A stretch of 64,000 bases of DNA from Lingula anatina (taxonomy: Eukaryota; Animalia; Brachiopoda). Both the position numbers and the translations under genes were made by a program. Within the stretch, counting starts at the first letter, position 1; each line of letters opens with the position of its first letter. The notes beneath the pieces were generated by a model that was given only the letters and a program-made list of their open reading frames with translations, was not told where the DNA came from and ran no database searches. Positions 1 through 13,520 of the stretch are shown here, piece by piece. The DNA is taken from NCBI GenBank assembly GCA_051362555.1, contig CM120641.1:39624401-39688400 (forward strand), in the 5' to 3' direction.

Positions 1-769
1 AATATTGAAAGACAGCTCTAAGATGTCTGAGGTGTAGAGGGAATTTGGTATTTTGGTATGAAGGTTTTTTCCCATAACCTTTAAATGGCCAACCTGTGAA
101 AGTACAGGGTTTGGTTTGAAAATTGAGACTCTCTACTGTATACATCTTGCAGTCTATTTTTCTTCAATCCTTTCTTGTCTTGATAATGAGCAGGCTTTTA
201 GAAATGAGATCCAAGTAAGTGACATAAACAATGGATTTATTTATACATTGCTGATGCTGGGTTCTTTTAAGTTGAGTAATGTAAGCCAACTTTCTCAAAA
301 GATTTAACTGGAAAGAGGAAAAAAAAGAAAACCTTTTTGTTCTGTCTTCTGAGTTGAAATGCAATCTTTGAGGTCACAGAGAGTCCCGTCTTGATGAGTA
401 TGCTTGTAATGGACGGAAACCAAACTATATGGTTGAAGTGCGCAGTTAACACAATTTCTTCTGTTCTATTTTTTTTGTGTGTGAATTTTGAAATGGAGAA
501 AGGGGAAGACGTAGGGAAGCAAAAGTGGGTCTATTGTATGACATGTCCTTTAATTATTTGTTAAGACAAGAAAGGCGTCTTGTTTTGTATCCGCACCCTA
601 AAACACACTTTCCATACATGTCTACTCATTGCAGTTTCTTCAGTAATACACAAAATCTCACCATTAAAATAGTTCTTACATGTATATTAATTAAATTAAT
701 GAACAAGTAAATAGTCACATTTAGATTTAGCCTTTAGAGCTCATTCCCATTGAAACCATTGTTCTGTGT

Positions 770-950
770 AGATTGCTCCAACCCTGCTGGAACTCTTGCT
801 GAATGCAATCAGGTTAACAGATTAAGTTGCCTCTTCTTGGCGTTGAATAGAATACAGAAAAACTGCTGATTATAAGACTACAATGGAAACAAGAGGAGGC
901 ATGTTAATCTGATTGCGTTCAGGAAGAGTCCGCAAGGAGTGGAATCGATC
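770..950. mobile_element. Degenerate foldback/MITE-like inverted repeat
   Basis: GGAACTCTTGCTGAATGCAATCAGGTTAACA (about 789-819) pairs imperfectly with TGTTAATCTGATTGCGTTCAGGAAGAGTCC (about 902-931); inner GCCTCTTCTTG pairs with CAAGAGGAGGC. Confidence 0.6.
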
Positions 951-1078
951 AGTAGTTTATACAGAATGAATCCTAATGTTGCTCTCATGTTTTATTGTAT
1001 ACTACTGTACATGTATTTTCATCTTTGCATTCATATAAATGAGAAACAGAATTACATCTGGAATTCTATTATTTACAG

Positions 1079-4000
1079 AATGGTACTGTCTGGAAGTCAG
1101 ATAGCTGTCACATCTGCACATGCCTCAGCCCTGTCACAGTGTGCGAACAAGTGACATGTCAGGACCCTAGATGTAACATACAGCAGGTAAGAAAAACACT
1201 GGTGGTTATACAGGATTAGAAACTATGTAGAATGAGAGAGTAGATAAAAAAAAACTTGTAAATTGCACTGTTTTGGCATCGCCGCATGATTCTGATGGAA
1301 CAACATGGTCAAAAAGCTAAGATCATATTGTTTTACTTTGACTCATTTTCTACTTGTCCACTCTTTCCTTTGACTGTTATATTTTTCATTAAAAATGGGA
1401 AACACACTACTATTTGCCCTTTAGCCACTATTATTTTTCTGTTTAGTACCAAATAGGTGAAAAACCATAGGCTAGTATATTCTTTTTAGTAGGTACAGAT
1501 TTCAGACATAAGAGTAGTGTGGGTAGGATACAGGATACATATATCAACTGCTTAGGGACAAATTTTGTTAATGCATTTCCCATATAAAGAGTTTCCAGTG
1601 GCTCTTTACCTATATTATGGCAACAGTGCCCACATGGTTACTGTGGTATATCCAGAAGATAGATTTCAATTTTAGATAGGTTGAACTGCTGTGCTGACAT
1701 CCCCCAGAAGTAAAAGGGATAAATGCCTTGTCATGTCTGATAAATACAGTTATTTTACTCTCCAATTTTCAAAAGTTTTTACACTTTTTCTCTCTAGCTC
1801 TTCCTTTTTTTTTTTTTTTTTTTTTTTGACAGCTCACCAAGAACAAGATCACTATATAGTAATTGCCTTGTCTGTTATCTCTGGGAACTACTATCTGCCA
1901 TGCCCCTCATCAAAGTTCTCTTTCTCTTCTTTTACAGTAGCTGTTTGTTTAAAGTAGATAGTTGTTTCAAGGACAGCACCTTTGATATGTGTTTTTTTAA
2001 AGCTGGTGATTGATAGCTTATGTAGACCCAGAAAACACCCATCAATAAAAACCCAAACCTTTGTAGTTTATGGTCAGACTAAAATGTCAAAAGGCAGTTG
2101 GGCCTCTGAAATTCTCTTTTTGACAGAGAGGTCAACAAGAATTAATGGTTCTTTTAGAAGAAAAAGTTTGCCCTTGATTTATCTGCTATTGTGACTGACC
2201 ACATATACATGTTCTATAAACTATTATTTTCAGGAAAAAAGTTTTGGAGGGGAAATGTTTTGATCCTTTTCAAAGTCTGTAAATGACTGAGGAAATTACA
2301 TTTACCCTATAGATAAATATGTTACTTATATTACATAATTTTTCAAAAAAGAAAAAAAGAGAAAAACATTTTTTAAAAAAAGAAAAAAAAAGAGAAAAAG
2401 TATAAGAGAAATAGTGGATTTTTCTTAATTCACCAATTTGTTTCACATATGCCTGAAAATAAATCATGACCTTAAGGACCTTTTCAGTGCTAATTACTAC
2501 CAGGTGATGTAGTCAGGTCTGCATGTGTTTGTTTTGTTTGTATATACAGGGAGAAGTATACAGAATTCCATCAGGTAACTGTTGTCCGGAATGCTTCACA
2601 CCTGGACCACCATGTGCGTATAAAGGACAGACACGGGAGGTAAGTATATCATATCTCTTCTTTCACACCTTTATGTTTGTGCTCATGCTATCTTTTCATA
2701 AAAAAGCGATAAGATATTTAAGCTGATGGAAAACAAAAATATCAAATTTTCTTCAGCCTATTTTAGTATGTTATGTAAAGTAATGACTGGATCGTTTCAA
2801 TGGGCAAAGTTATCAAACTTTCAGATACATAATTTTATAATCACAAAAATTATTTTTTGTATAGATTTTGTGGTGTTTTTACTGCAAAAAATAGAACTAT
2901 AGAGAAGCCTGCTTTTTAATTTTGTTGCTACCACTCAATAGGAATTTTCTTATCTTAAGAAATTATGACTTAAAAAACTACAGAATCTTTAAAATTCATA
3001 TTTTCCCCATTGAAAAGACCAAGTAAATACCATATACCAAATAACTTCAATAATGTTGGTCTGACACGTGTTGATGTAATGATGGATAAAAGCACATTTT
3101 TGTTCTCACTCCTATTTGTTCTGAATGTTATTTAGAATCACAGACTTTAATTTCAGTTTTAAAGAGCCATTTCTTTCTCTGTAATTCTAAATGCCCATCT
3201 GCAAAAGTAATAATTGTTTGACCTCGCTACTTCTGCCTTGGTAAAAGTTATCTGACCTCCGTGCCTTGACCAGAGCAAGGAAGGATTGAACCTTCTACCA
3301 CAGGTCCAGATTTTTTTTGCAAACATACTGGAATTAAAGGTTCTTAACAGAATTTAGCAGAGAATATAACTAGACTCCACTTATCCATATCTTTATCTCA
3401 GTCGAGGAAAAAGTCGAGGAAAACAATTCAAATGTTATTGTTTGTAATAATCTAAGAATTCTTTAGAGAAAGGACTGAACTTCTGATAATTTGTTTGGAG
3501 GGATGCTAACTCTGCATGGGGAAATAACTATGCTAACTGCACCAAGAAAAGGCAAACACAAAATTGTGATATATTGTAATGACTCACTTTGAGAGGGTCA
3601 TTTAACTTTTTTTTAAAGACAATATAACTGTTGAAAAGATGCAATAAATAGTTTTAAAAATTTCTTAATACAAAAGTTGCATTTGAATGAAGCACCAGTA
3701 TTATCATTCTTATAACCATTATTGTTTTTATTTTTATTTATGTTATTTTTGGGGGTTACACTGCCATTACCCTTATTACTAAATTTCCAGCTTGTTATTA
3801 GCTCAAGGAAATCACTCAGCAGGTAAAAACAATCTACCTGCAATACTACATCACCAATATATCACATATTTAGCCTGCCCCAGCTGACAGACAGGTAGAA
3901 TACATATCCCCCACCTGGGCACTCAGGATTAACAACATATTTAAAGAGGATTAGAAACCTATATAAAGAGCTTCGAATTAACAGTTTGATGAAAGGTAAT

Positions 4001-7000
4001 CGACAGGGGTTTAAGTTTCCCTCCAAGGTGTAGAAACTGTTGAACTTGATATTTAGTTTGAATAGCTGAGCATACCTCGCCTTGGGTATTGAAAATGCAA
4101 CTTATATTTATTAAAGAATTCGATAATTCATTTTACCCTAGAGATAAATCTTTCCCTTCAGTACCTCATGTGTTAGTGTAACATGGGTGCTTTCATAAGT
4201 GTGGATTTGAAAATGTCACAATGGGGCAGTGTTCTCCCTCTTGACCCAAAAGAATACCAAGGCCTGTTAAACTCTACTTTAGCAGAGAACAAACCTGAAG
4301 GAGGCACATTAATAAACTCTCCAGGCAATGAGGGCAGAGTTCTCTAGTAACACTGAAAGGAGATGAAAGAATGCCTTGCTGGTAAGGACTGTGTCTATTC
4401 ATCCCCCCTACTGATTTCTCCGGAGTAACAAAAAGTTGAGGTTGGATGATGATCATGATCATGACCACCAGACTTTTTAGACTAAACAGACCACACATCA
4501 GACCTTGTTATGTGTAACATCTTTGCACTTATATTGCCCTGGTACGTGTGATTTTTAGCAGATGATAGTGAAAACATATCTGTCCAAACATGGCTGCCTG
4601 AAGGCCCATGGTGATTGCTGTTTTTGTTTGATTTAAAAGAAATTGGCTTGAATAATTCTACTCCCCTAAGGATAATGATGATGGATCTTGAGACACTTTC
4701 CACCATGAAGAAAATATTTCAACTGTGTATGCTGTAAACAGAATCAATGAAATGGCAAATATTGGCAAATATTTACTCATTCTCGTGTTGACATTGTTCT
4801 GAAACAGCATCTGAATTTAGTCCAGACTTAGGTCTTGTTCTACAGCATTGTTTAATAAGTTTACATGCCGTAAAAGCAGACTTCCATCAGCTGAAATCCT
4901 GTTTAAAAAGTAACCACATGTAGGCTTAGTAAAACTGTTTCACTCTTATCATTTTACACCCTTTTGTTTTACTTAGTGTCTCAAAACAGTTGTATAAATG
5001 TTGTCAGAGCACATTGCCAAGGAGATGGCATGATATAAACCATATATGTACACACATATCAGCTCAGTAGTGTATAAGATTTTGCAATGTTTTTTCAGAC
5101 AAAAAAATTTTTTTTTCTCTAGTTTGACTCTAAGTGGCATGTCAGCCTGTGTGAGAGCTGCCACTGCATGGAGAAAGGCGTGATATGTACCAATAAGACT
5201 TGCCCAGCTTTACACTGCAAACACGGAGAAGAGAAGCAAAGTTTGCCTCATGTCTGCTGCCCAAAATGTGTCCCAACAGGAAGTAAGTGGACAACATCTT
5301 TGTTTTCTCTGAAATAATTACCATCTGGTAACCTTACACCATAGTGACCTCTGCACTAAAAAAAATGTCTGACTGAGTGATTTTTTTCTTTTATTCAATT
5401 TACCAAATTTTTTATTTATAGCAGTTTTAATTTCATAATATGTGTCTGCAGTGTGATATGACAGTGATAAGATCAGTGTTTATTTATCTTTGTCAGTCTA
5501 TGAAGGTTGAAATTGATTTTTTTGGATACAGACTAGCAGGATGGAAAACAGAGTCAAAACACATGACCCTGTCTGTCAAGCAGAACACTTCATTACAGTA
5601 TTGACACCAGGGGGACTCATTATTTGGCTCTCTCATGGATTTTGCCTTTTTCTTCACTGTTTTGCCTGTCAGATGAAAATAAAATTACTGCTAGTATGTT
5701 GGGCAGTATTGCTGCAATGTATCCACTGGTTGGATCAAATATTGTGGAAATTTCTTGTGTTTTTCTAACCTTCAGGTGACAAATATTGGAAGTATTTACA
5801 AAAAAAATCTTATCTATTTCAGTGTTACAGACTTACATTACTGATCTCTTAGTTGAATTGTGTCAAATGACAACCATACACGGCAAATCTCTTTTACAAC
5901 ATGAAAAAGGGGATTATCTCTTTGGCTTATTTTATTGTGGAATGTGCACAGCTTAGAGGCATCACTGCATCATGCACTAAATGGCTGAGGTAATAGAGTG
6001 TCACTGAATACAGTGCTCAAATAGAGGTGGAAAATTCAACAGGACTTATGCTTTGTTGTGTGACAAAGTATAGAGTTTCACCCTCTAGGTCCTAGTAGTG
6101 CTTTGACTTGAAAAAAGTACACTGTATGATGAGGTTGTATCAGAAACAGTTGTTGACACTCATTAACTAAGAAAGAACACAAGCATGTGCACCAGCTGAT
6201 TGCTAATATGTATGGGGTCCTACACCCTCCTTTGACCTTAGTTATGTGTCACTTCACAAAGAGAATGAAGTTGAAGAGGGCTCCCTGACTTATTATGATC
6301 TAGCAGGATCAACAAATCTTATTGACCTTTAAGTTGAGGAAAAAAGAGACCAAATCAAATGTAGTCGTGGAGTTGTTTATTTTTAGGTTTTACTTTTTCC
6401 TTTTTTGAATTTTTTTATGCTTGTAGGGTATTTCAGTTCTTTTGTTCTGCATGATTAGAAAAAACTTAGAATAAACAAACTTTGAAATCTACAGCGAAGT
6501 ATTTATGTGCAAACTGTTCAAGGCTCAGTTAAGAGAATGTAAACAATTTCCTCAGCAGTTTATACATTTTTTGCTACAAATGTTCTGCTCTTTGGTCTTT
6601 TATCTGTGTTTGGAGGGTGTTGTACGTGGCTATGCAGATAATTGTATTGTCAAGTGTTCGTCTGGGTGTTAGCAGTGTTAAATAAAAAAATCAAATTTGA
6701 ATAATACAGGTAACAAATGCTGAGCAGTTGATGTATTGAATGTTTCACAAGTCTATGAGCAGTTGATGTATTGAATATATAACTTAACAGGTAACATTTT
6801 ATTTTCACTATTTGTTGTAACCCCATCCATTTTAGAATAGTATTTCAGATTTAAAGTAAAAAGCAACATTTTCACCCATAACCTTTTAAACAAAATGATG
6901 TGTATCATATGAAAATTGTTAGACTTTTTGAATATTTTCAATTTTAGGCTCTTGTGTGTATCAAGGTGTTCACTACCTGGACGGTGCTGTCTGGGAGCCA

Positions 7001-9361
7001 ACACCCTGCATCAGGTGCAGTTGTCAAGATGGAGAGGTTACATGTTTCACTGCCCAGTGTCCAGATCTCAGGTGTGATCAGGTGAGTCTACTGTCTATTC
7101 CCATTGTTCAGATCTCAGGTGTGATCAGGTGAGTGCAGTATCCATTGGTAATGTCCAGATCTCAGGCGTGACCAGGTGAGTACAGCATCAGTTGGTAATG
7201 TCCAGATCTCAGGTGTGACCAGGTGAGTCCACTGCCTGTTCCCAATGTCCAGATCTCAGGTATAACCAGGCGAGTGCAGTATCCGTTGGTAATGTCCAGA
7301 TCTCAGGTGTGACCAGGTGAGTCCACTGCCTGTTCCCAATGTCCAGATCTCAGGTATAACCAGGCGAGTGCAGTATCCGTTGGTAATGTCCATTTCTCAT
7401 ATGTGACCAGGTGAGTCTACTGTTTTTCCCAGTGTCCAGATTTCAGGTGTGACCAGGTGAAACTAGCATGATAAGTGTCAAATATCTTTATATCACATGT
7501 TACCAGTTACGTGTAATTTGGCCAATTCATTCAGCTATAAAACAATGAAAAAATTACAGTAGGTAAAACTTTGACCTGTGCCAAACGTGTTGGTATTTCT
7601 AAGGAGCTCAAATATGAATGGTGCAAAATTCAAAATTTGATTGAATTTGATGACTTGGGGAACTTAAGGGTCAACCTTTGCCACCAGTTAGTATGGCTGG
7701 CACAGTTGTACTTGACAGGGAAATTTTTCTACATCTGCTGCCTGTTCCAAAAAACATTCCATAAGAATATATAAAAGAACTCATGTGGAACCTTATTGCT
7801 TTTGTCATTAATTATCTTCCCTGCTAACTTGTTTACCTGGCAAAGGCTTTTAAGTGAATACTTGGACAAAACTATTTTGACATTGATTAATTCAAACCAA
7901 CTGCTTGATTGTAATATCAGAGACCAGTTCACCAAAATACCATTTAGAGCACAAGGCTGGCTTGAACTTATTATTTTTTTTTCTATTTCATTCATTTCTT
8001 CTAATTATTGGATATGCAACATTTCATCTCTGGTGAATTTGAAAGGTGTTCATAATTAATCAACATGACACCTTGAATGCCACCATATCTTTTTTTCATT
8101 GGCAGAAAATGTCTGCAGAAGTAAACATATCATTACTACACAGTGGAGAACATAAAACACTTATTAAGTAAAAGGATATCTCAGTGGGTGTATTATCAGT
8201 AAGGCCATGTGTTTACTGACGTCAGGGTTGTGTAGAGATGCACTGCAGCCAGAGAAACTCCATCTAGTTCGATAAAAAATGCCATGCCATACAGCTTCAT
8301 AGTTTCTTGTTGAGATGAGCAGTGGTTAGAGTTTATTTATGTAAATCTGGAAGTTTTTTTGTACAGAAAACCAATGGTGTAATGGAATTGTTGTTAAGAT
8401 GTACATTTCCTGTAGTTTTAGATTTTATGTGTATAAGTATGTTTAAGTAGCATGATTTTAATAAATATATTATAATAATTATTATTATTTATGACAAGTA
8501 TTTTGCATTTTCATGTGAAAATGGTGTCATTTCAGGGTTCCAGTGTTGTCCAACTTCCGTCCACTTGTTGTCCACAGTGTGTAGAAGACATGTGTTATGT
8601 GGGAGGAAAGCAATACAAGGTAATCACTAGGCCATTAGTAGGAATTTTATGGATTATTTAAGTAAGTCTTTCATAAGTAATAAATTTTCCTAACATTTTG
8701 ACAATCAATGTTTGAGATTATCATCTTTGTTGAGTCTCCATCCCAATGTTTACTGGTCCTATTGTTTACAAAGGGTATTACCTTTAATATTCTAGTATAT
8801 AAGTTCTTAAGATATGAGGCGGCTTAAAAATTATGTTTTAACATCATCAGTTAGCATTGGAGAAGAACTTCATCAGCTGTGTTTTCTTATAAGAATAAAT
8901 ATTGGAGGTAAACAATCTCAATATTTAGCTGCTGATTGAAGAAGAACTTACATCATTCCTATCAGTAAGCATTATTTTGAAATTAAAGATCTTTTTAATT
9001 ATTTGATGAACTCTCTACTAGTCTGGTGATGAGTGGCAAGAAGATAGCTGTACCTACTGCAGGTGCTCCTCAGGCCATAGTCAGTGCAGGAAGGTACAGT
9101 GTGAGGATACAATACAGTGTGAACCAGTAAGTTTTTTATTTATTTTATTTTTCATCTTTTGACCAACGTAGAAATGGTACTTGAATTTGAATACATTAAA
9201 AGCTTTATCAGACTTTACGAAAGGCCAAAAAATCTGTCAGACATTCGGTCTGACAAGCCTGAAAATTTTGTCAGACCGAAACAAAATCTGTCAGACCGAA
9301 GTAAAAAAATGACATTAAATCAAATATCAATTTTTTTATATATATTTATTTGTAGAAAAGT

Positions 9362-9420
<59 letters not shown>

Positions 9421-12400
9421 GGCAAAAAAATACTTGCATAACAAGTTTTTTATTTAATGAAAAAGACGCTGTGGAATGACACAAGGACTTAAAACATTAC
9501 AAGTATGAAGAATGTGTAGCTAGTAATATCAAATGTATGTCCATAAAAACGTCTGTTAATCAAATAACCATTTTACACGTTGTTTTTGGCAATAACATAT
9601 GCATTTTGAAACAGCACAGTAAGACAGTCTCTTTCATCTAATTGAAGCTTTGACAGAGACTGTCCAGTCCGAGTCTAAGTTCCTTCTTCATTTTATTTCT
9701 TTTTTTTTTTTATAAAAAGAAACTCAAACTGCGAGCTTTCATCAAATTCATGTGCACTTTCTCCAACTCGTGATGAACGGTACATGCAAATACGTACATA
9801 TGTTCCATAACTTAAGAACCCGTAATAAAGCTGTAACATTTATGTTGCTATTGATCAAAATGATAACTTTAGCACTCCCGACGCTCGGCACACACTATTT
9901 TCCTCTCCTACAGATCATAAGTCCGCCAGGGCCTACCTTCTTTCCAATTTTATTAAACTTCCGTTTCTCTTCCTCACTTCGTTTTCATTTTTGCCACGCT
10001 TTGCACCAACGAAGTGTTTAAAGTTCAACAACGTCATTTTCTAAGCAAAAGGCTTATCCATGAGTACTGTGTACGACTGATAATGAAGAAACAGAGGATC
10101 AAGTCTGTAAAAACGCAAATAGCACGAGCACATGTGTTGCGGCCATTTTGTTGTGTAGGGTATTACGACAACGAAAACGAGACTGTACATTACATCATTC
10201 AGGAATTCCCCAACATCAGCCAGTCACAAAATAGTATTTGTGAGTGAAACTGAGGTTAATAAATTATGTATAAATAATTATGAATAAAACCTAGATTAAC
10301 TGATGATGCAGTTTTCATATCCCCCTAAATAATAGTTAGTTTAATATAAGGTTTAGTGTAGCCTATTCTAGTTGAATCAGTTTTTTTTTTTTTAATTATA
10401 CCTATATTGATCTTTATTGAGTAGTACATGTACTTTCCCTGCTTTAGTCTAGACATTATATAATGTATATCAAACTGTATATGGTAATCACTCTGCGGAT
10501 TACTTCTTGTATTTGTATTTGATCATGCCCGGATGTAGGGCGATAGTCAATAAACTTCTGATTCTGTATAATTAGCTGGGAACTCCCCGAGATTTTCACC
10601 CCGTCTCTCTTTTCGAATGAAGTAAAATATATCGTCCAGAAAAGAAACAACAACGTATTCCTTATATTTACACATGCCCAGCCAGTTTGAAAACTCGCCG
10701 GACATAAGGTCCGACGATACAGGATTTTTTATCGGACCGAGACGAAATTTGCCAGGCATGTCCGACGGTCCGACGCCTTTCGTAAAGTCTGCTTTATTAT
10801 GAGATATTTGAAAAATTTTTATGATAAAATACTTTACTTAAGAGGTGTTCTAAAAGTATTTCTCAGTCTAAGTCCAGAGTATGATTTCAGGGTGAGAAGA
10901 AGCTGCTGAAGCCTGGAGATTGTTGTCCATCTTGTGTGGCAGAGGAAGGTTGGTGGAAGGCTTTTTCATTAGTATTAATTTAAACAATATAGGTGAATGT
11001 TTCTAGAATCTTAGATATTTTATTCGGTAGTTAATGGTTTACCAGTTTGGAATATCAATTCATTACTCGCCTTACCATTTTTTAATTCTGATTAGTGATA
11101 AATAGTGTAAAATGATGAATAAAGCATTTAAAGTGATCTCTACAATTTCCTCAGCTCCTTGTGTGTACAGTGGAGGGCTATACTATCATGGTGACATGTG
11201 GAATACATCACAGTGTGAGTTCTGTACATGTGACAGAGGGAGAGTGAACTGTCACCAGGCAAGGTGTGAAAGGAGGCATTGTGAACAGGTAGGCTTGGGC
11301 CGACATAGATATTGCTTGCTCTGATGTTTCTTGATTGTGTAAGATCATTTTTACCCATGCTATTACTTTTTTAGTGAATAAACAGTCATTACAAGAATTT
11401 TTTTTTTGGGGGGGGGGGGGTCTGCCTTAGACAGACTCCATACCCAGTTCCCAAAGTATAAGACACCCAAGCCATTTCTTCCTACCTTTCCTTACAACCC
11501 AAATTGAAGTCTGCACCTTGCGCATAGTTACATGTATTTTTTAAGTCTTGTACAGTGTTTTTCTGGTGATTTGCACATCTAGAACAATCTATCTCTATAT
11601 TGCAGGGTGAAATGCTCATTCAGCCAGCAGGTGGCTGTTGCCAGGAGTGTGGTAGTCCTAGAATGTGCAGAGAGGGTGACAGTGTCTATAAGGTTGTTAT
11701 GTGCATAATTCATAATTATGATCTTGTGGAAGAAGATATGAAAATAACATCCCTTAGTAGTTGTCATTACAGTGTCTCTCTGGATAGTATTGAAAAGTAT
11801 GCATTTCTACAAAAGACATTAAATAATTCCAAAATTCTCTGTCACACAAAATTCAAGTTTCAGTGTACAAAATCATATTTTTATCAGTTGTCATGTTAAG
11901 TATCAGTCTGAAAGCAAAAAGCAAGTAAAATTGTTAGGTCCAACAAAATTAGGATTCCAAAAACATCAGATGATTTATGTGTTTTTTCCTAAATTTTAAT
12001 GGTTCATTGTCTTAAATTTCTGACAGATAACATAATGTTTTGTTTTGTAATCTTTACCTCCAAAATATATTAGTTTCATGCTAGCACTTTGGAGACAAAA
12101 GGTAAGCATAGCTGTGATTAAAAATAAACCTTTGGCTTAGGATGTTTATTGTTGTATCCTCCTATTTTCTGATTTTTGTTAAAGCATTTAGAAAATTATT
12201 TAAACCTGTGGAGTATGAAATTCTCAAAAGTGAAATGGTCTCTGAAATATTTTATTACTATAATATATATATTCTCAGGATGGGGAGCACTGGAATCCAG
12301 ACCCATGCAGGTTATGTGTTTGTGTCCAGGGTTCACCATTGTGTTATACCAAGTACTGTTGTGATAGTGGTCACCAGTGTGTGCAAGGTGAGTACTGGTA

Positions 12401-13489
12401 ACATGCAGGTTATGTGTTTGTATCCAGGGTTGACCAGTGTGTTATACCAAGTACTGCTGTGATAGTGGTCACCAGTGTGTACAAAGTGAGTGCTGGTAAC
12501 ATGCAGATTATGTGTTTGTGTCCAGGGTTCACCATTGTGTTATACCAAGTACTGTTGTGATAGTGGTCACCAGTGTGTACAAGGTGAGTACTGGTAACAT
12601 GCAGGTTATGTGTTTGTGTCCAGGGTTCACCAGTGTGTTATACCAAGTACTGCTGTGATAGTGGTTACCAGTGTGTACAAGGTGAGTGCTGGTAACATGG
12701 AGGAATGCTACAAGAGATTTCATAAGTGCCATTTGATGTTTTTGTATAAAAAGAAAGATCTCCATAGACGTAACCTTTATTAAGGCTAAATATATGGATG
12801 TGTATATAAAATTCTGTCTTGGATAACTGCATCATGAAATGAGAAAAAGATGCCAAACACTATTGAAGTTCTTTATTTGTGTATCTTTTACTTCAAAATG
12901 CATGTTTCTGTCATGTTTTCTGCTTGTAAGTAATTGTTGTGCTGCTGTTCAAGGTTTCTTCTCATGCTGGTTTGAAATATGATAATTCAATTTTCTGCTT
13001 GTTTACCAGAAGTATTTCTATACCAATGGAAGTGCTTTCCTTTCCATGAAATTTTATCTTTTCAAAAGAATTTTCCCATTAAAATTTACTGAACCATGAC
13101 ATGTTGGACACCATTCTTATATTTTTTTCCTTTATAATGGTCACTGAGCTTTTGTGACTCTCCTTTTGTTTTCTGATCACGTATCATTTTGGTGCAAGTT
13201 TTAAACATCATTTTTATGTGTGTTCTTTTATAAGTCTGGGGATTAAGTTTGTTCGGCTTGTCAAGTCTAGCGTGAAGTATGAGGGCATATTAAAGAAAAT
13301 ACTGTTATTTGATATCACTAAGTAGATGATGGGTGCAGGTATTTTTATCTTGTTGCAGTTAGTACATATTCACAACTGAGTTGTGTGGCAAGCCAGGTGA
13401 AAATCAGACTACTGAACATTATGGAAGAGGCATTAACTCTTTGAGGGTTTTTTCTATGAGAGTGAGACAGAATTAGATGATGATAATGA

Positions 13490-13520
<31 letters not shown>

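Larger units (their letters stand above)
1079..12387 (+). other. FRAS1 exons encoding six VWC (chordin-like Cys-rich) modules
   Basis: Repeated W-x3-4-C-x2-C-x-C...CC-x2-C pattern, e.g. GTVWKSDSCHICTC/GNCCPEC, SKWHVSLCESCHC...VCCPKC, GAVWEPTPCIRCSC/TCCPQC, GDEWQEDSCTYCRC/DCCPSC, GDMWNTSQCEFCTC/GCCQEC, GEHWNPDPCRLCVC (sixth module shortened). Confidence 0.9.

Noticed and set aside
7058-7460. Repeat with alternating variable tails resembling a CRISPR array
   Set aside because: The tails are re-used subtypes rather than unique spacers, the context is a eukaryotic intron, there are no cas genes, and the unit derives from the exon/donor.
9159-10759. ORFs inside the transposon as a transposase
   Set aside because: Short, low-complexity and without recognisable DDE, BED or hAT dimerisation motifs.
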